Positions 30,915 through 41,356 are shown, numbered from the stretch's first letter. The stretch: DNA of 64,000 nucleotides from an uncultured Gemmatimonadales bacterium (GCA_963798845.1 CAWCUS010000002.1:704001-768000), one strand, 5' to 3'. A program made the numbers and translations. Notes: generated by a model from the letters alone, not told the origin.

Positions 30915-32111
30915 ATGAGCACGCTCCTGGACCCGGTCCGCCGGGATGTCCCGTTCGTCGACCTCCGCCCCCAGCACGCTGAGCTGCGGGCGGAGATCGA
31001 GGAGGCCGTGTCCCGCATCCTGGACTCCTCCGCGTTCGTTGGTGGCGAGGACGTGGAGCGGTTCGAGGACGATTTTGCCCGCTTCCTGGGCGTTCGGGCC
31101 GGCGTGGGCGTGGGCACCGGGACGGATGCGGTCCGCATCGCGCTCCAGGCCGTGGGCGTGGGGGCGGGCGATGCCGTGATCACGGTGTCGCATACCTTCT
31201 TCGCCACCGCGGAAGCCGTGGTGCAGACCGGGGCGGTCCCGCTTTTCGTGGACGTTGAGCCCGGGCCGATGACCATGGACCCCCTGGCGGTGGAGGCGCT
31301 CCTGCGCGACGGGTGTCACCGGGAGCCCGGGGGCACCATGATCCACGAGACCACCGGGCGGCGCGTGGCCGCGCTTCTCCCCGTGCACCTCTACGGCCAG
31401 AGCGCCGACATGGCGCCGCTCCTGGCGCTGGCCCGCGAGCATGGCCTGGCGGTGGTGGAGGATGCGGCGCAGGCCCACGGCGCCACGTACCGTTTCCCGG
31501 ACGGGCGCGAGCGGGCGTGCGGCGCAATGGGGGATGCCGCCGCCTTCTCCTTCTACCCCGGCAAGAACCTCGGGGCGATCGGAGAGGCCGGCGCGGTCGT
31601 GACGGACTCGGCGGCGGTTGCGGAGCGGGCCCGACGGCTGCGTGACCACGGCCAGTCGGAGAAGTTCGTTCATGTTCGAGAGGATGGCGGGAACGCGCGC
31701 CTGGACACGCTCCAGGCGGCGGTGCTGGACCTGAAGCTCCGGCGGCTGACGGAGTGGAACGAGGCGAGGCGCCGCCTCGCCCGGCGCTATGCCGAGGGAC
31801 TTCGGGGCACGCCCCTGCGGCTGCCGGAGGAGCGGCCGGAGGCGCGGCACGTCTACCACCTGTACGTGGTGCGCTCCCCGGCGCGCGACGGCCTGCGCGC
31901 CGCGCTGGAGGACGCGGGTGTCCGCACCGGGCTGCACTATCCGGTGGCGGTCCACCAGCAGGCGCCGTACGTGGGCGACGGGCGGGGATGGGGCCCGCTG
32001 TGCGAGACGGAGCGAGCCGCGGCCGAAGTGCTCTCGCTCCCGATGTACCCGCATCTGGAGCCGGAGTCGGTGGACTACGTGACCGATCAGCTGTCGCGGC
32101 GGATCGGCTGA
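30915..32111 (+). CDS. DegT/DnrJ/EryC1/StrS aminotransferase (WbpE-like)
   Basis: VPFVDL, PVHLYGQ, EDAAQAHGA, FSFYPGKNLGA.GEAG, RLDTLQAA. Confidence 0.92.
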   Translation: MSTLLDPVRRDVPFVDLRPQHAELRAEIEEAVSRILDSSAFVGGEDVERFEDDFARFLGVRAGVGVGTGTDAVRIALQAVGVGAGDAVITVSHTFFATAEAVVQTGAVPLFVDVEPGPMTMDPLAVEALLRDGCHREPGGTMIHETTGRRVAALLPVHLYGQSADMAPLLALAREHGLAVVEDAAQAHGATYRFPDGRERACGAMGDAAAFSFYPGKNLGAIGEAGAVVTDSAAVAERARRLRDHGQSEKFVHVREDGGNARLDTLQAAVLDLKLRRLTEWNEARRRLARRYAEGLRGTPLRLPEERPEARHVYHLYVVRSPARDGLRAALEDAGVRTGLHYPVAVHQQAPYVGDGRGWGPLCETERAAAEVLSLPMYPHLEPESVDYVTDQLSRRIG

Positions 32112-32115
32112 GGCC

Positions 32116-33588
32116 GTGAGCGCAGGGGCCCTGGAGCGGACGAATGCCGGACCGCGCCCCGGCCCAGCGAGCGAGAGCGTGCTCGTCCGCCGGGCCGCCG
32201 TCGCCCTGGCCGTCGTGCTGGTGGCTTGGGCCGTCGTCGCGCTGGGCCGGCTCGGCCCCGGGCGACAGGAGGCTGCGGTGGTGGGGCTCGCCGTGGCGCT
32301 CCCCGCACTCCTGGTGTTTCTCGCCCGCCCCCTTTACGGTCTGGCGTTCTACCTTCTCGTTCTGCCGCTCGTCAGCACGGGCGACGTGGTGGGGGGCCTG
32401 AACGGGGGGGAGACGCTCACTCTCGGCGCGCTCGCGGTGGGCCTGGCCACGATCGGCGCCTCGCCTCGCCGCTTCCCGGAGGGGGTGCGCGCGCTCTCTC
32501 CGGTGCTGGCGCCGCTCGGGGGGCTCGCGGTCGTGAGCGTGCTGTCGCTGGTGGCGAACGGCGTGAGCGCCCCCGCCGACATCCTCTCGGCGCTCCTGAA
32601 GATCGTGGCGTTCGGGCTGGTGTCCGTGCTCGTCTACCTGTACGCGGGCACGGAGCGGGGCTGGCGCGTGATGCTCGGGGCCATCCTGGTCGGCGCGTTC
32701 CTGGAAGCCCTGTACAGCATCGTGACCTACTCACTGGGGCTGGACTACTACCAGCTCTATGGATACAACCGGGCCTCCGGCACGTTCTTCACGTTCAACT
32801 ACCTGGGCGCGTTCATGGCGCTCACGTCCGTGCCCACGCTGGCGCTGGCGCTCGCTCCGCGCGAGGGCGGCTGGCGGGGGACGCTCCTTCTGGCGTTCTC
32901 CCTGGAGATCGTCGCGCTCCTCCTGTCGCTCACCCTGGGATCCGTGCTCGCCCTGCTCGTGGCAGGGACCGTGGCGGGCGTGTTCCTGCTGCGGGTGCCG
33001 CTGCGGCGGCTCTTCGCGGGCGCGGGCGTGTTCCTGGTCGTCTTCGCCGGGGTGCTGGCGGCCAACCCGTTCCTCCAGGAGAAGCTCACCCGGATCGGCG
33101 AGCGGGTGGTCGACCGCCTCCTGACCTACTCCGCCGGCGTGGCCATGCTGCGCGACCATTTCTGGTTCGGCTTCGGCAGCGAGAGGCGGATGGTGGAGGC
33201 GTTCCTCTCCAGCACGGCGTACAGGGACACGCCATTCGGCATCGCGGGCGCGGTGGCGCACGCGTCGATGCTCACGGTGGGCGTCCAGAAGGGGATCTTC
33301 GGCGTGGTGTTCTTCGCCCTGCTGCTGGCGGGCGTGCTCCGGCTCCTCCTCCGGCACCGTCGCGTTCTGACCCGGAGCCGGCACGCGATCGTATACCAGG
33401 GACTGCTCGTCGGGACGCTCGCGTTCATGGTCCAGGACTTCACGAACAACCTCGTGCTCCACGCCCGGCTCGGGATCCTCTTCCTCTCGCTGGTCGCCCT
33501 GGTCGCGGCGCTGGGGGACCGCGCCACGCGGGAAGCGGCCGGTGCGGGTCCGGAGCAGGCACCGACCACGCCAGCCCATGCGCGGTGA
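32116..33588 (+). CDS. O-antigen ligase/polymerase-family membrane protein (copy 1)
   Basis: Many TM helices; RASGTF..FNYLG, FWFGFG, AHASML...GIFG. Confidence 0.75.
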   Translation: MSAGALERTNAGPRPGPASESVLVRRAAVALAVVLVAWAVVALGRLGPGRQEAAVVGLAVALPALLVFLARPLYGLAFYLLVLPLVSTGDVVGGLNGGETLTLGALAVGLATIGASPRRFPEGVRALSPVLAPLGGLAVVSVLSLVANGVSAPADILSALLKIVAFGLVSVLVYLYAGTERGWRVMLGAILVGAFLEALYSIVTYSLGLDYYQLYGYNRASGTFFTFNYLGAFMALTSVPTLALALAPREGGWRGTLLLAFSLEIVALLLSLTLGSVLALLVAGTVAGVFLLRVPLRRLFAGAGVFLVVFAGVLAANPFLQEKLTRIGERVVDRLLTYSAGVAMLRDHFWFGFGSERRMVEAFLSSTAYRDTPFGIAGAVAHASMLTVGVQKGIFGVVFFALLLAGVLRLLLRHRRVLTRSRHAIVYQGLLVGTLAFMVQDFTNNLVLHARLGILFLSLVALVAALGDRATREAAGAGPEQAPTTPAHAR

Positions 33589-34597
33589 CGGGGGGCCGCG
33601 GGCGCTCGTGCTCACGAACATGTGGCCCACGGCCGGGGACCCGGCGCGCGGCACCTTCGTGTCCCGGCAGGTCGAGGATGTCCGCCTCGCCGCGCCGGAG
33701 TGGACGCTGGAGCTCATGCAGATCGACGGGCGCCGGGGGCGTCTGGAGTACGGGCGCGCGGTGACGCGGCTCCGTCGCCGGCTGCGAAGCGGTGCGTACG
33801 ACCTGGTCCACGCCCACTACGGCCTCACCGGCGCCGTGGCCGCGACCCAGCGAGACGCGCCGGTGGTGGTGACGCTGCATGGGAGCGACCTCAATATCCG
33901 GTGGCAGCGGCGGATCTCTCGCTTCGGCGTGTCCCGGGCCGCCGCGCGGATCTACGTCTCGGCACGGCTGCGGCGGCTGGATGGTGGGGACGGTGAGGTG
34001 ATCCCGTGCGGGGTGGACCTGGACGCGTTCCGGCCCGCGAGCCGGCACGCGGCCCGCGACAGGATCGGCGTCGATCCGGACGGCGTGGTGGTGCTATTTC
34101 CGGGCGATCCCGCCCGCCCGGTCAAGGACCACGCCCTGTTCCGGGCGACGCTGGGCGTCCTCCCACCCCGGTGGCGCGAGCGTGTCCGGCCGGCCACCCT
34201 CGGCGGCGTCCGACCGGAGGACGTCCCGCATCACCTGTGCGCCGCGGACGCCGTGCTGCTGACGTCGCGTTACGAGGGAGCGGGGTCGGTGGCGAAGGAG
34301 GCGGTGGCGTGCGGCGTGCCCATCGCCTCCGTGGACGTGGGCGACGTCGCGCACGCGGTCGCCGGCGTCCCCGGCTGCGCGGTGGCCGGGCGGGACCCCG
34401 GGTCGCTGGCGCGCGCCCTGGTGCGGGCGCTCGAGCTCGGCGCGGAGCCGGAGCCGGAGGGCGGGCAGCCGTCGGCCGCGCGCCAGCGTGTGGCCGGGGT
34501 CGGGCGGCAGCGGCTCATTGACCTGCGCATGGACGCCGGCAGCGTGGCGGCGAGGGTGCTGTCCGTGTACCGGCGCGTGGCGGGGGAGGCAACGTGA
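33578..34597 (+). CDS. Glycosyltransferase family 4
   Basis: TNMWP, VHAHYG, TLHGSD, PCGVD, SRYEG...KEAVACGVP. Confidence 0.88.
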   Translation: MRGDGGPRALVLTNMWPTAGDPARGTFVSRQVEDVRLAAPEWTLELMQIDGRRGRLEYGRAVTRLRRRLRSGAYDLVHAHYGLTGAVAATQRDAPVVVTLHGSDLNIRWQRRISRFGVSRAAARIYVSARLRRLDGGDGEVIPCGVDLDAFRPASRHAARDRIGVDPDGVVVLFPGDPARPVKDHALFRATLGVLPPRWRERVRPATLGGVRPEDVPHHLCAADAVLLTSRYEGAGSVAKEAVACGVPIASVDVGDVAHAVAGVPGCAVAGRDPGSLARALVRALELGAEPEPEGGQPSAARQRVAGVGRQRLIDLRMDAGSVAARVLSVYRRVAGEAT

Positions 34598-36156
34598 GCC
34601 GAAGGCGCGCGACCCGATCGCGGCCGACCGGCCCGGGCTCTTCCCTGGAGGCGATGCCCGATCTCGCCCCGCTGGTGGCGCGAAACGCGGTGCTGAACCT
34701 GGGCGGGCTGGCAGTCCCGCTGGTGGTGGCGCTGGTGGCGGTGCCCGTCGTCGTCAACGGGCTCGGAACGGGCGGCTTCGGGCTCCTGTCGCTCATCTGG
34801 GTGATGCTGGGCTACATGGCTCTGCTCGACCTGGGGCTCGGGCGCGCCACCACCAAGTTCGCGGCCGAGGCGCTGGCGACGGGGGACCTGCGCACCGTGG
34901 CGGCCAGCGCACGCATCGCGGCGGCGCTGCAGCTGGCGCTCGGACTGGCGGCCGCCGCGGCGCTGGTCGCCGCGACGCCTGCCCTCGTTGGCCGGTTCCT
35001 CGACATCCCCGCGGCGCTCGCCGGGGAAGCGCGCAGGAGCTTCCGGTTCGTGGCCGCGGTCACCCCGGTGATCATGGTGACCAACACGTTTCGCGGCCTG
35101 CTGGAAGCGAAGCAGAGCTTCGGCGTGATCAACGCGGTGAAGATCCCGGTGGGCACGGCGAACTTCCTGGTCCCGATGGTGGGCGTGCTGGCCGGGTGGC
35201 CGCTGTCCACGATCGTCGCCGTGCTGCTGTCGGTGCGGGCGGTCGCGCTGGTCGTGTACGCCGCGGCTGCGCTGCGCGCGTTCCCTTCCGTGCTCCGGGG
35301 GGTCGAGGTCAGGGGCGCCGACCTCCGCGCACTGCTCGGGTTCGGCGGCTGGGTGACGGTCTCGGGGGTGGTCAGCCCGGTGCTGGTCTACGTGGACCGG
35401 TTCGTGGTGGGCGCGCTCCGCAGCGTCGAGGCCGTGGGTTACTACGCAGCCCCGCACGAGCTCATCCTCCGGCTGGCCATTCTGCCGTCCAGCGTGGCGT
35501 CGACGCTCTTCCCCGCGCTCAGCGCAACCGCCGGCGCCGGTCGGGAGGGGGAGACCGAGCGGCTGGTGGCGGGCGTGCTGAAGTTCCTGCTCATGGTCGC
35601 GGGTCCCGCGCTCGTGGTCCTCGGGTTCCTGGCCGGCGATGTCCTGACGCTGTGGCTGGGCGAGGCGTTCGCCGCGCGCGCGGCTCCGGCGCTCCGCCTC
35701 TTCACCGTCGGGATGGCGGCCAACGTCCTTGCGTACGTGCCCGCGGTGCTGCTCCCGGCAGCCGGCCGCCCTGACGTGCCGGCGAAGCTGCACCTGGCGG
35801 AGCTCCCGGTCTACCTTCCGGTTCTCTGGCTCCTGGCCGCGCGCTGGGGCGTGACCGGAGCGGCGGCCGCGTGGGCGCTGCGGATGTTCGTGGACGCGGT
35901 GCTGCTGTTCGTCGCGGCCGTGCGGGTGGGCCTGATCCGCCCCTCCGTCATCGCGCCGTCTCTCCGACCGGCCGCGGGGTGGGTGGGCGCCCTCGCGCTG
36001 GCCACGGCCGCCGTGTCGGCGTGGCCGGGGGCGCCGCTCGCGCGACTGGCCGCCGTGGCCGGGATGCTGCTCCTCATGGCCGTGGTCGCGTGGCGCGTGC
36101 TCCTTTCCGCAGCCGAGCGCTCCACGCTCTTCCTCGCCCTGCGGGTGTCGCGATGA
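34594..36156 (+). CDS. wzx: Wzx-type flippase
   Basis: RNAVLNL, DLGLGRATTKF, YVDRFVVG, VGYYAAP, LFPALS; polytopic. Confidence 0.88.
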   Translation: MSRRRATRSRPTGPGSSLEAMPDLAPLVARNAVLNLGGLAVPLVVALVAVPVVVNGLGTGGFGLLSLIWVMLGYMALLDLGLGRATTKFAAEALATGDLRTVAASARIAAALQLALGLAAAAALVAATPALVGRFLDIPAALAGEARRSFRFVAAVTPVIMVTNTFRGLLEAKQSFGVINAVKIPVGTANFLVPMVGVLAGWPLSTIVAVLLSVRAVALVVYAAAALRAFPSVLRGVEVRGADLRALLGFGGWVTVSGVVSPVLVYVDRFVVGALRSVEAVGYYAAPHELILRLAILPSSVASTLFPALSATAGAGREGETERLVAGVLKFLLMVAGPALVVLGFLAGDVLTLWLGEAFAARAAPALRLFTVGMAANVLAYVPAVLLPAAGRPDVPAKLHLAELPVYLPVLWLLAARWGVTGAAAAWALRMFVDAVLLFVAAVRVGLIRPSVIAPSLRPAAGWVGALALATAAVSAWPGAPLARLAAVAGMLLLMAVVAWRVLLSAAERSTLFLALRVSR

Positions 36157-37371
36157 GCGGCCCGGATCCGCGGACCGGCCGGCTCCTGATCATCGTGGAG
36201 AACCTCCCGGTGCCGTACGACGTCCGGGTGTGGAAGGAGGCGCGAACGCTCCGGGACGCCGGCTGGGAGGTGAGCGTGATCTCGCCGGCCCGCGAGGGCT
36301 ACCCGGCCGGCCGCCACAGGATCGACGGGATCGACGTCCACCGGCACCCAATGCCGCCGGAGCGAAGCTCCAGGCTGGACTACGTTCGGGAGTACTCCAG
36401 CGCTCTCTTCCACGAGGCGCGGCTGGCGCGTCGGATCTGGAGGGAGCGTGGCTTCGACGTGGTCCAGATCTGCAATCCGCCGGACCTGCTCTTCCTGGTC
36501 GCCGGGTGGTACAAGCTGAGGCACGGCGTGCGGGTGGTGTTCGACCATCACCGACCTCTCCCCCGAGCTGTTCGCCTGGAAGTTCCCGCGCAGCCGCTGG
36601 CTCCGACCCGTCCTCGCGCTGGCGGAGCGGCTCACGTTCCGCGTGGCCGACCGCGTGCTCAGCACCAACGAGTCGTTCAGGGAGGTGGCGGTGTGGCGTG
36701 GCGGGAAGGCGCCGGACCGCGTGCACGTGGTCATGAACGGCCCGGACCTGGCCGCCTTCCCGGAGCCGAGGTGGCCGCCCGCCGGGGCCGGCGACCCGCC
36801 GTGCCTGGTGGGCTACATCGGCCACATCGACACCCAGTACGGGATCGACGAGCTGCTCCTCGCCGCGGCGCACCTGGTGCACGGACGCGGCCGCGACGAC
36901 CTGCGCTTCAGGGTGGTCGGCGGCGGCCCGCTTCGGGCGGAGAAGGAAGCGCTGGCGAGGGAGCTGGGACTCGAGCGCCACGTCGAGTTCACCGGAGCGC
37001 TCCCCCAGCCGGAAGCGATCCGCCTTCTCTCGGAGTGCCGGATCGGCGTGGTCCCGGCGCCGGCCACGACGGCGAGCGATCGCATGACCCATGTAAAGAC
37101 GCTGGAGTACATGGCGCTCGGGATCCCGGTCGTGCAGTACGACCGCACCGAAGGGCGCCGGGCGGCCGCGGATGCAGCGCTCTACGCCCGCCCCGGCGAC
37201 GTGCACGACTTCGCCGACCGTATCGGGTGGCTGGCGGATCACCCGGAGGAGGCGCGCAGCATGGGCCGGCGCGGGCGGCGCCGCGTGGAGGAGCGCTACG
37301 CCTGGGCGCACCAAGCCGAGCGGCTGCGCATGGCGTATCGGGTGGTGCGGTCCGAGCTGGAGCCGCGGTGA
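36153..37371 (+). CDS. Glycosyltransferase family 4, WbuB-like (extra C at 36551-36552)
   Basis: IVENLPVPYDVRVWKEA, CNPPD, FDHH then DLSPELF, STNESF, KTLEYMALGIP in the shifted frame. Confidence 0.87.
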
Positions 37372-38462
37372 GCGCCGTGGCCTCGTCACCCGTCCCGGTG
37401 AGCGTCGTGATCCCGTACTACGGCGGGGCAGAGACCGTGGGCCGCGCGCTGGCGTCTCTGGCGCGTCAGACGCGGCCGCCCGCGCAGGTAGTGGTCGTGG
37501 ATGACGGCTCTCCGGAGCCGCTGAATCCATCCGCGCTTCCCTCCCTCCCGGGGCTGACCACGCTGCGGCACGAGGAGAACCGCGGCATCCCGGCAGCCCG
37601 GAACACAGGCCTGGGTGCCGCGACGCAGCCGTGGGTCGGATTCCTCGACCAGGACGACGAGTGGGCGCCGGACAAGCTGGAGCGCCAATGGAGGGTGGTG
37701 GCTTCGCGTGGCGCGGGGCGCGGCGTCCGGCCGGCAACCGGAGGCGGACGGCCGGTGCCCGGCGCGGCCAGCGAGGACGGCGGCGCCGGCCAGGAGGGTG
37801 GCACCGAGCCCGAGGCGGGAGTGGTGGTTTTCGGCCGGCTTCTCGTGGACGTGACCGGGGAGCGGCCGCGGCTCAGGCCGCCGCGGGCCGCGATCCGGGC
37901 GCTGGAAGCCGGCGGCGACGCCGCGATCCGCACCTTCATCCGCCACGGCAACACGCTCCCGCTCATCACGCTCCTGGCCCCTCGCGCCGTGCTCCGGCGG
38001 CACGGCGGCTTCGACGAGTCGCTGACCGGCGGAGCCGACGACACCGAGCTGGTGCTCCGGCTGCTGGCGGAGGGCGTCCCGTTCCGCCACGCCCCGTGCC
38101 GCGACGGCTGGTGCGCCCGCCACCACGTGACGGGGGCGAACTACTCGGCGGACCCCACCCGCTGGGCCGGCGACCACCTGGCCTTCATCCCCCGGCTCGC
38201 CCGACGCTACCGGGCGATCGCGGCCGTGCGCGACCCGCTGCTTGCCGGGACCCACTTCGTCCTCGGCCGCCACCACGCCGCCGACGGATCGCGGGACGCG
38301 GCGCTGGAGTCCCTGGCCCGGGCTTCGCGCCTGGACCCGTGGTGGTGGAAGCCACGCGCGGCCAGGCTGGCGCTGCGCATGCCGGCGTCCTGGGCGGACG
38401 CGCTCGAACGCGCCTGGCGTCGGGTGGAGCGCGCGGCGCGCGAGCGTCCGCTCGTCGGATGA
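37368..38462 (+). CDS. Glycosyltransferase family 2
   Basis: VSVVIPYY, VVDDGS, ARNTG, FLDQDD, GGFDESL. Confidence 0.88.
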   Translation: MSAVASSPVPVSVVIPYYGGAETVGRALASLARQTRPPAQVVVVDDGSPEPLNPSALPSLPGLTTLRHEENRGIPAARNTGLGAATQPWVGFLDQDDEWAPDKLERQWRVVASRGAGRGVRPATGGGRPVPGAASEDGGAGQEGGTEPEAGVVVFGRLLVDVTGERPRLRPPRAAIRALEAGGDAAIRTFIRHGNTLPLITLLAPRAVLRRHGGFDESLTGGADDTELVLRLLAEGVPFRHAPCRDGWCARHHVTGANYSADPTRWAGDHLAFIPRLARRYRAIAAVRDPLLAGTHFVLGRHHAADGSRDAALESLARASRLDPWWWKPRAARLALRMPASWADALERAWRRVERAARERPLVG

Positions 38463-38486
38463 CGGCGGCGAGCGGGGCGTCGCCCG

Positions 38487-39707
38487 CTACGGGCTGACGG
38501 GCACCGGGGTGTTGCGGTCGATGCCGGTCCCGTCGCCCACCTGACCGTACCTGTTGCTTCCCCAGCAGAAGAGGCGCTCCTCCTGCGTTATGGCACACGT
38601 GTGCTTCGCGCCGGCGGTGACCTCGAGGACGCGCCCCGGAAGCGGGACGGGACGCGGCGACGACTCGTCGTTCCAGCTGCCGATCCCGAGCTGCCCGGCG
38701 TCGTTGTTCCCCCAGCAGTAGAGCTGACCGCTACCGGCGATGGCGCACGTGTGGTCGGCGGCGGCACTCACAGCCACGGCCGGCTCGGGCATGAGCGTGA
38801 CCTGCGGGGCGTAGCGCGTGCCGTTGTTCCCGGCCCCGAGGCGGCCGTCGTTGCCCCAGCCCCAGCAGTAAACGGTTCCGTCCACCGCCAGGCCGCACGT
38901 GTGCTCGCCCGCGGCCACAATGCTCGTGTAGCGGTGACCGCCCGCGACCGGCGCGGGGGTGAAGGAGTCCCGGTCCGTGCCCGTGCCCAGCCGGCCGATG
39001 ACCCCGCTCCCCCAGCAGTATGCGGCGCCGTCCGCCGTCACCGCGCAGGTGTGTCCGGTGCCCGTGGAGATGGCGGTGAAGTGCAGGTCGCCGGCCACCG
39101 GCGACGGCAGCGAGTGGGGCTCGTCGTCCTTCGTGCCGGTGCCGAGCTGCCCGGCGAGGTTCCACCCCCAGCAGTATGCGCGGCCGTCCGCTGCCAGCCC
39201 GCACGTGTGGTCGCGGGCCGCCGTGACCGCGACGAAATCGTAGCCCACCTCGGCGGGGACGGGCTGGACGCTGCACAGGAACGGCTCGTAGTCGGCGCAG
39301 CGGTAGATGAGGCGGCCTCCATCCCCCAGCTGCCCGAAGCGGTCCTGCCCCCAGCAGTAGGGCCGTCCCCAGGCGATCCCGCACGTGTGGGCCTCGCCGG
39401 TCGCCAGGACGGTGAAGGGGAGGTCCTCCTCCAGCCGCACCGGAGTGTCGCAGGTGCGGCCGTCGCACCCGGCCACGTCGCTACCGCCCGCGTGGCCGAG
39501 GCGCCCGTTGGCCACGTTTCCCCAGCAGAACGTGCCGGCGTCGGCGGTCACGGCGCACGTGTGGCTGTCGCCGGCCGCGACCTCAATGAAGCGGTGGGCG
39601 GGCGACAGCTCGGGCGCGACGGGTCGCCGCTCGCAGCCGACCAGGGCGGCGGCCACGGCGGCGACCGCGGCCACGGGGACCGGGCAGCGGAGGCAGGGAA
39701 GCGTCAC
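38487..39707 (-). CDS. RCC1-repeat beta-propeller lipoprotein
   Basis: Seven repeats of G..HTC.....G..YCWG.N..GQLG; lipobox LVGC after a hydrophobic stretch. Confidence 0.88.
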   Translation of the reverse strand: MTLPCLRCPVPVAAVAAVAAALVGCERRPVAPELSPAHRFIEVAAGDSHTCAVTADAGTFCWGNVANGRLGHAGGSDVAGCDGRTCDTPVRLEEDLPFTVLATGEAHTCGIAWGRPYCWGQDRFGQLGDGGRLIYRCADYEPFLCSVQPVPAEVGYDFVAVTAARDHTCGLAADGRAYCWGWNLAGQLGTGTKDDEPHSLPSPVAGDLHFTAISTGTGHTCAVTADGAAYCWGSGVIGRLGTGTDRDSFTPAPVAGGHRYTSIVAAGEHTCGLAVDGTVYCWGWGNDGRLGAGNNGTRYAPQVTLMPEPAVAVSAAADHTCAIAGSGQLYCWGNNDAGQLGIGSWNDESSPRPVPLPGRVLEVTAGAKHTCAITQEERLFCWGSNRYGQVGDGTGIDRNTPVPVSP

Positions 39708-41356
39708 GGCGAGGCGCGAGCGTGGCCGGGGAGCCAGGAGAGGCTCAGCCCGATCGTCCAGTTGTGGTCGTCGCGGAGGAAGTCGCGGTTGTAGCGAAAG
39801 CTGCGCGCCACCTCCCCCGTGATCCTGAAGTCGCGGACGAACACCAGCCCCCGGATGCCGCCGATGATCTCCGTGTCGTGCTCGTACGGGGACCAGCGTC
39901 GCGCGGCAATGGCGGGGGCGGCGAGATCGCGGCGCCGTACGCGCTCCACGAACGCGCCCCCGGTGCCGGTGGCCGAGCCCGCATCGAAGAGCGCATCGAG
40001 GGCGAGGAACTGGGCGTCGCCGCCGGGGCCGATCCCTGCACCCAGGAGCTGACCGCGGTAGGTGTAGCCCTGTCGGACTGCGGCGTGGATGTAGTAGACC
40101 GGGATCGGGCGGCTGCCGGTGCGCAGCTCCCCCTTCTCCTGGAGCGCCACCAGCTCGCCGTGGACGCGCAGCGCCAGGCGTTCGCTCATGCCGGTCACCT
40201 TCTGGAAGCCGACCGTGTACGCCTGCGAGTGGTCCGGCTCCTGGAGGAGCTCGTTCCAGTCGAGGAAGCGGTCATCGCGGGCCCACTCGCCGTACACCTC
40301 GGCGCCCGCCTCCCGGAACACCCAGCGGCCGTACAGGGAGGTGAGGTCGTTCCCCGGCCGGTTCCCGGCGCCGACGAAGCTTGTCACCGTCTTCCACGCA
40401 TCCCCGAGTCCGTTCCCGGTCGGGGCGTACATGTAGCTGCGGGTCACGCCAAGGGTGAGCCCCGGGAACGGGCGAGGCGAGAAGTCGACGGCCCAGTTCA
40501 CCAGGTCGTTCCGGTCGTTGCCGGGGTCTTGGTCGAAGTACGGCGATTCCGTCAGACGTCCCCACACGAGCTCCGCCTGCAGCCGCCCGATCCAGATGTC
40601 CACGCCCCGGGACGTGCCGAAGAACGCGTGCGGGAACCCGCCCGCCGTGTTGCTCAGGATGATCGGGTAGCGCAGCGCGGGTCCTCGCCAGAGGCTCTCC
40701 GTGGAAACGCCCGCCGTGGCCCAGCCCACGTCCACGCGCGCGTAGCTGTCGCCCGGGACGAGACGGGTGAACGGGTCCGGTCCGAAGCGAGCGGGGAGAT
40801 CGATCACGCTTCCGTAGACCGGGTCCGCGTACGGCGAGATCCCGACCCGCGGCTGCTCGGGCCGGTCGAAGTCCCGGTTCTGCTGGTAGAGGAGCTCCGG
40901 CCTGGCTACCACGGTGAGGGGGCCCAGGCGGATACCGGCGCCGATGCGGGCCAGCCCGTTGAGACCGCGGCCGGCCCACAGCGCGCCGTTGTTCCGGTCG
41001 TCCGGGTAGGTGGTCCGCTCCAGCAGCTCCGCGTCCACCGGGAACAGCCGGGTTTCCAGGGTCCCGCGCAGGTGCACCCAGCCGGCGGTGCCCCGCTGCT
41101 CACTGCCGGGCCGCCGGAGGGTCCGCGGCCGCGGACGAAGACAGCCGGTGATCTCCGCGAGGCGTACGAGCTCGTCCATGGGCGAGGCGATCGACGGGGC
41201 CCAGGCCTCGCCGGCGCGGGCGCACAGCGGACGCGGGAGCGTTGCGCGCGCTCGCGTGGCGTCCTGGGCGGCGATCGGGCCGGGAAGCAGCGCCAGGAGC
41301 ACGAGCGCGAGCGGGATCCGGCGCGCGCGCTCACGGAGCCAGCGGGACGTCGTCAT
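39704..41356 (-). CDS. Capsule-assembly Wzi-family outer-membrane protein (copy 2)
   Basis: Signal peptide ending IAA-Q; NNGALWAGRG, DLPARFG, STESLWRGP, ILSNTAGGFPH, YGEWARDD, QGYT..GQLLGAGIGPG. Confidence 0.75.
   Translation of the reverse strand: MTTSRWLRERARRIPLALVLLALLPGPIAAQDATRARATLPRPLCARAGEAWAPSIASPMDELVRLAEITGCLRPRPRTLRRPGSEQRGTAGWVHLRGTLETRLFPVDAELLERTTYPDDRNNGALWAGRGLNGLARIGAGIRLGPLTVVARPELLYQQNRDFDRPEQPRVGISPYADPVYGSVIDLPARFGPDPFTRLVPGDSYARVDVGWATAGVSTESLWRGPALRYPIILSNTAGGFPHAFFGTSRGVDIWIGRLQAELVWGRLTESPYFDQDPGNDRNDLVNWAVDFSPRPFPGLTLGVTRSYMYAPTGNGLGDAWKTVTSFVGAGNRPGNDLTSLYGRWVFREAGAEVYGEWARDDRFLDWNELLQEPDHSQAYTVGFQKVTGMSERLALRVHGELVALQEKGELRTGSRPIPVYYIHAAVRQGYTYRGQLLGAGIGPGGDAQFLALDALFDAGSATGTGGAFVERVRRRDLAAPAIAARRWSPYEHDTEIIGGIRGLVFVRDFRITGEVARSFRYNRDFLRDDHNWTIGLSLSWLPGHARASP

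Noticed and set aside
35871..38462. 863-aa GT4-GT2 fusion ORF
   Set aside because: Artefact of the frameshift at 36551; the middle is out of frame and the two GTs have separate overlapping stop and start codons.
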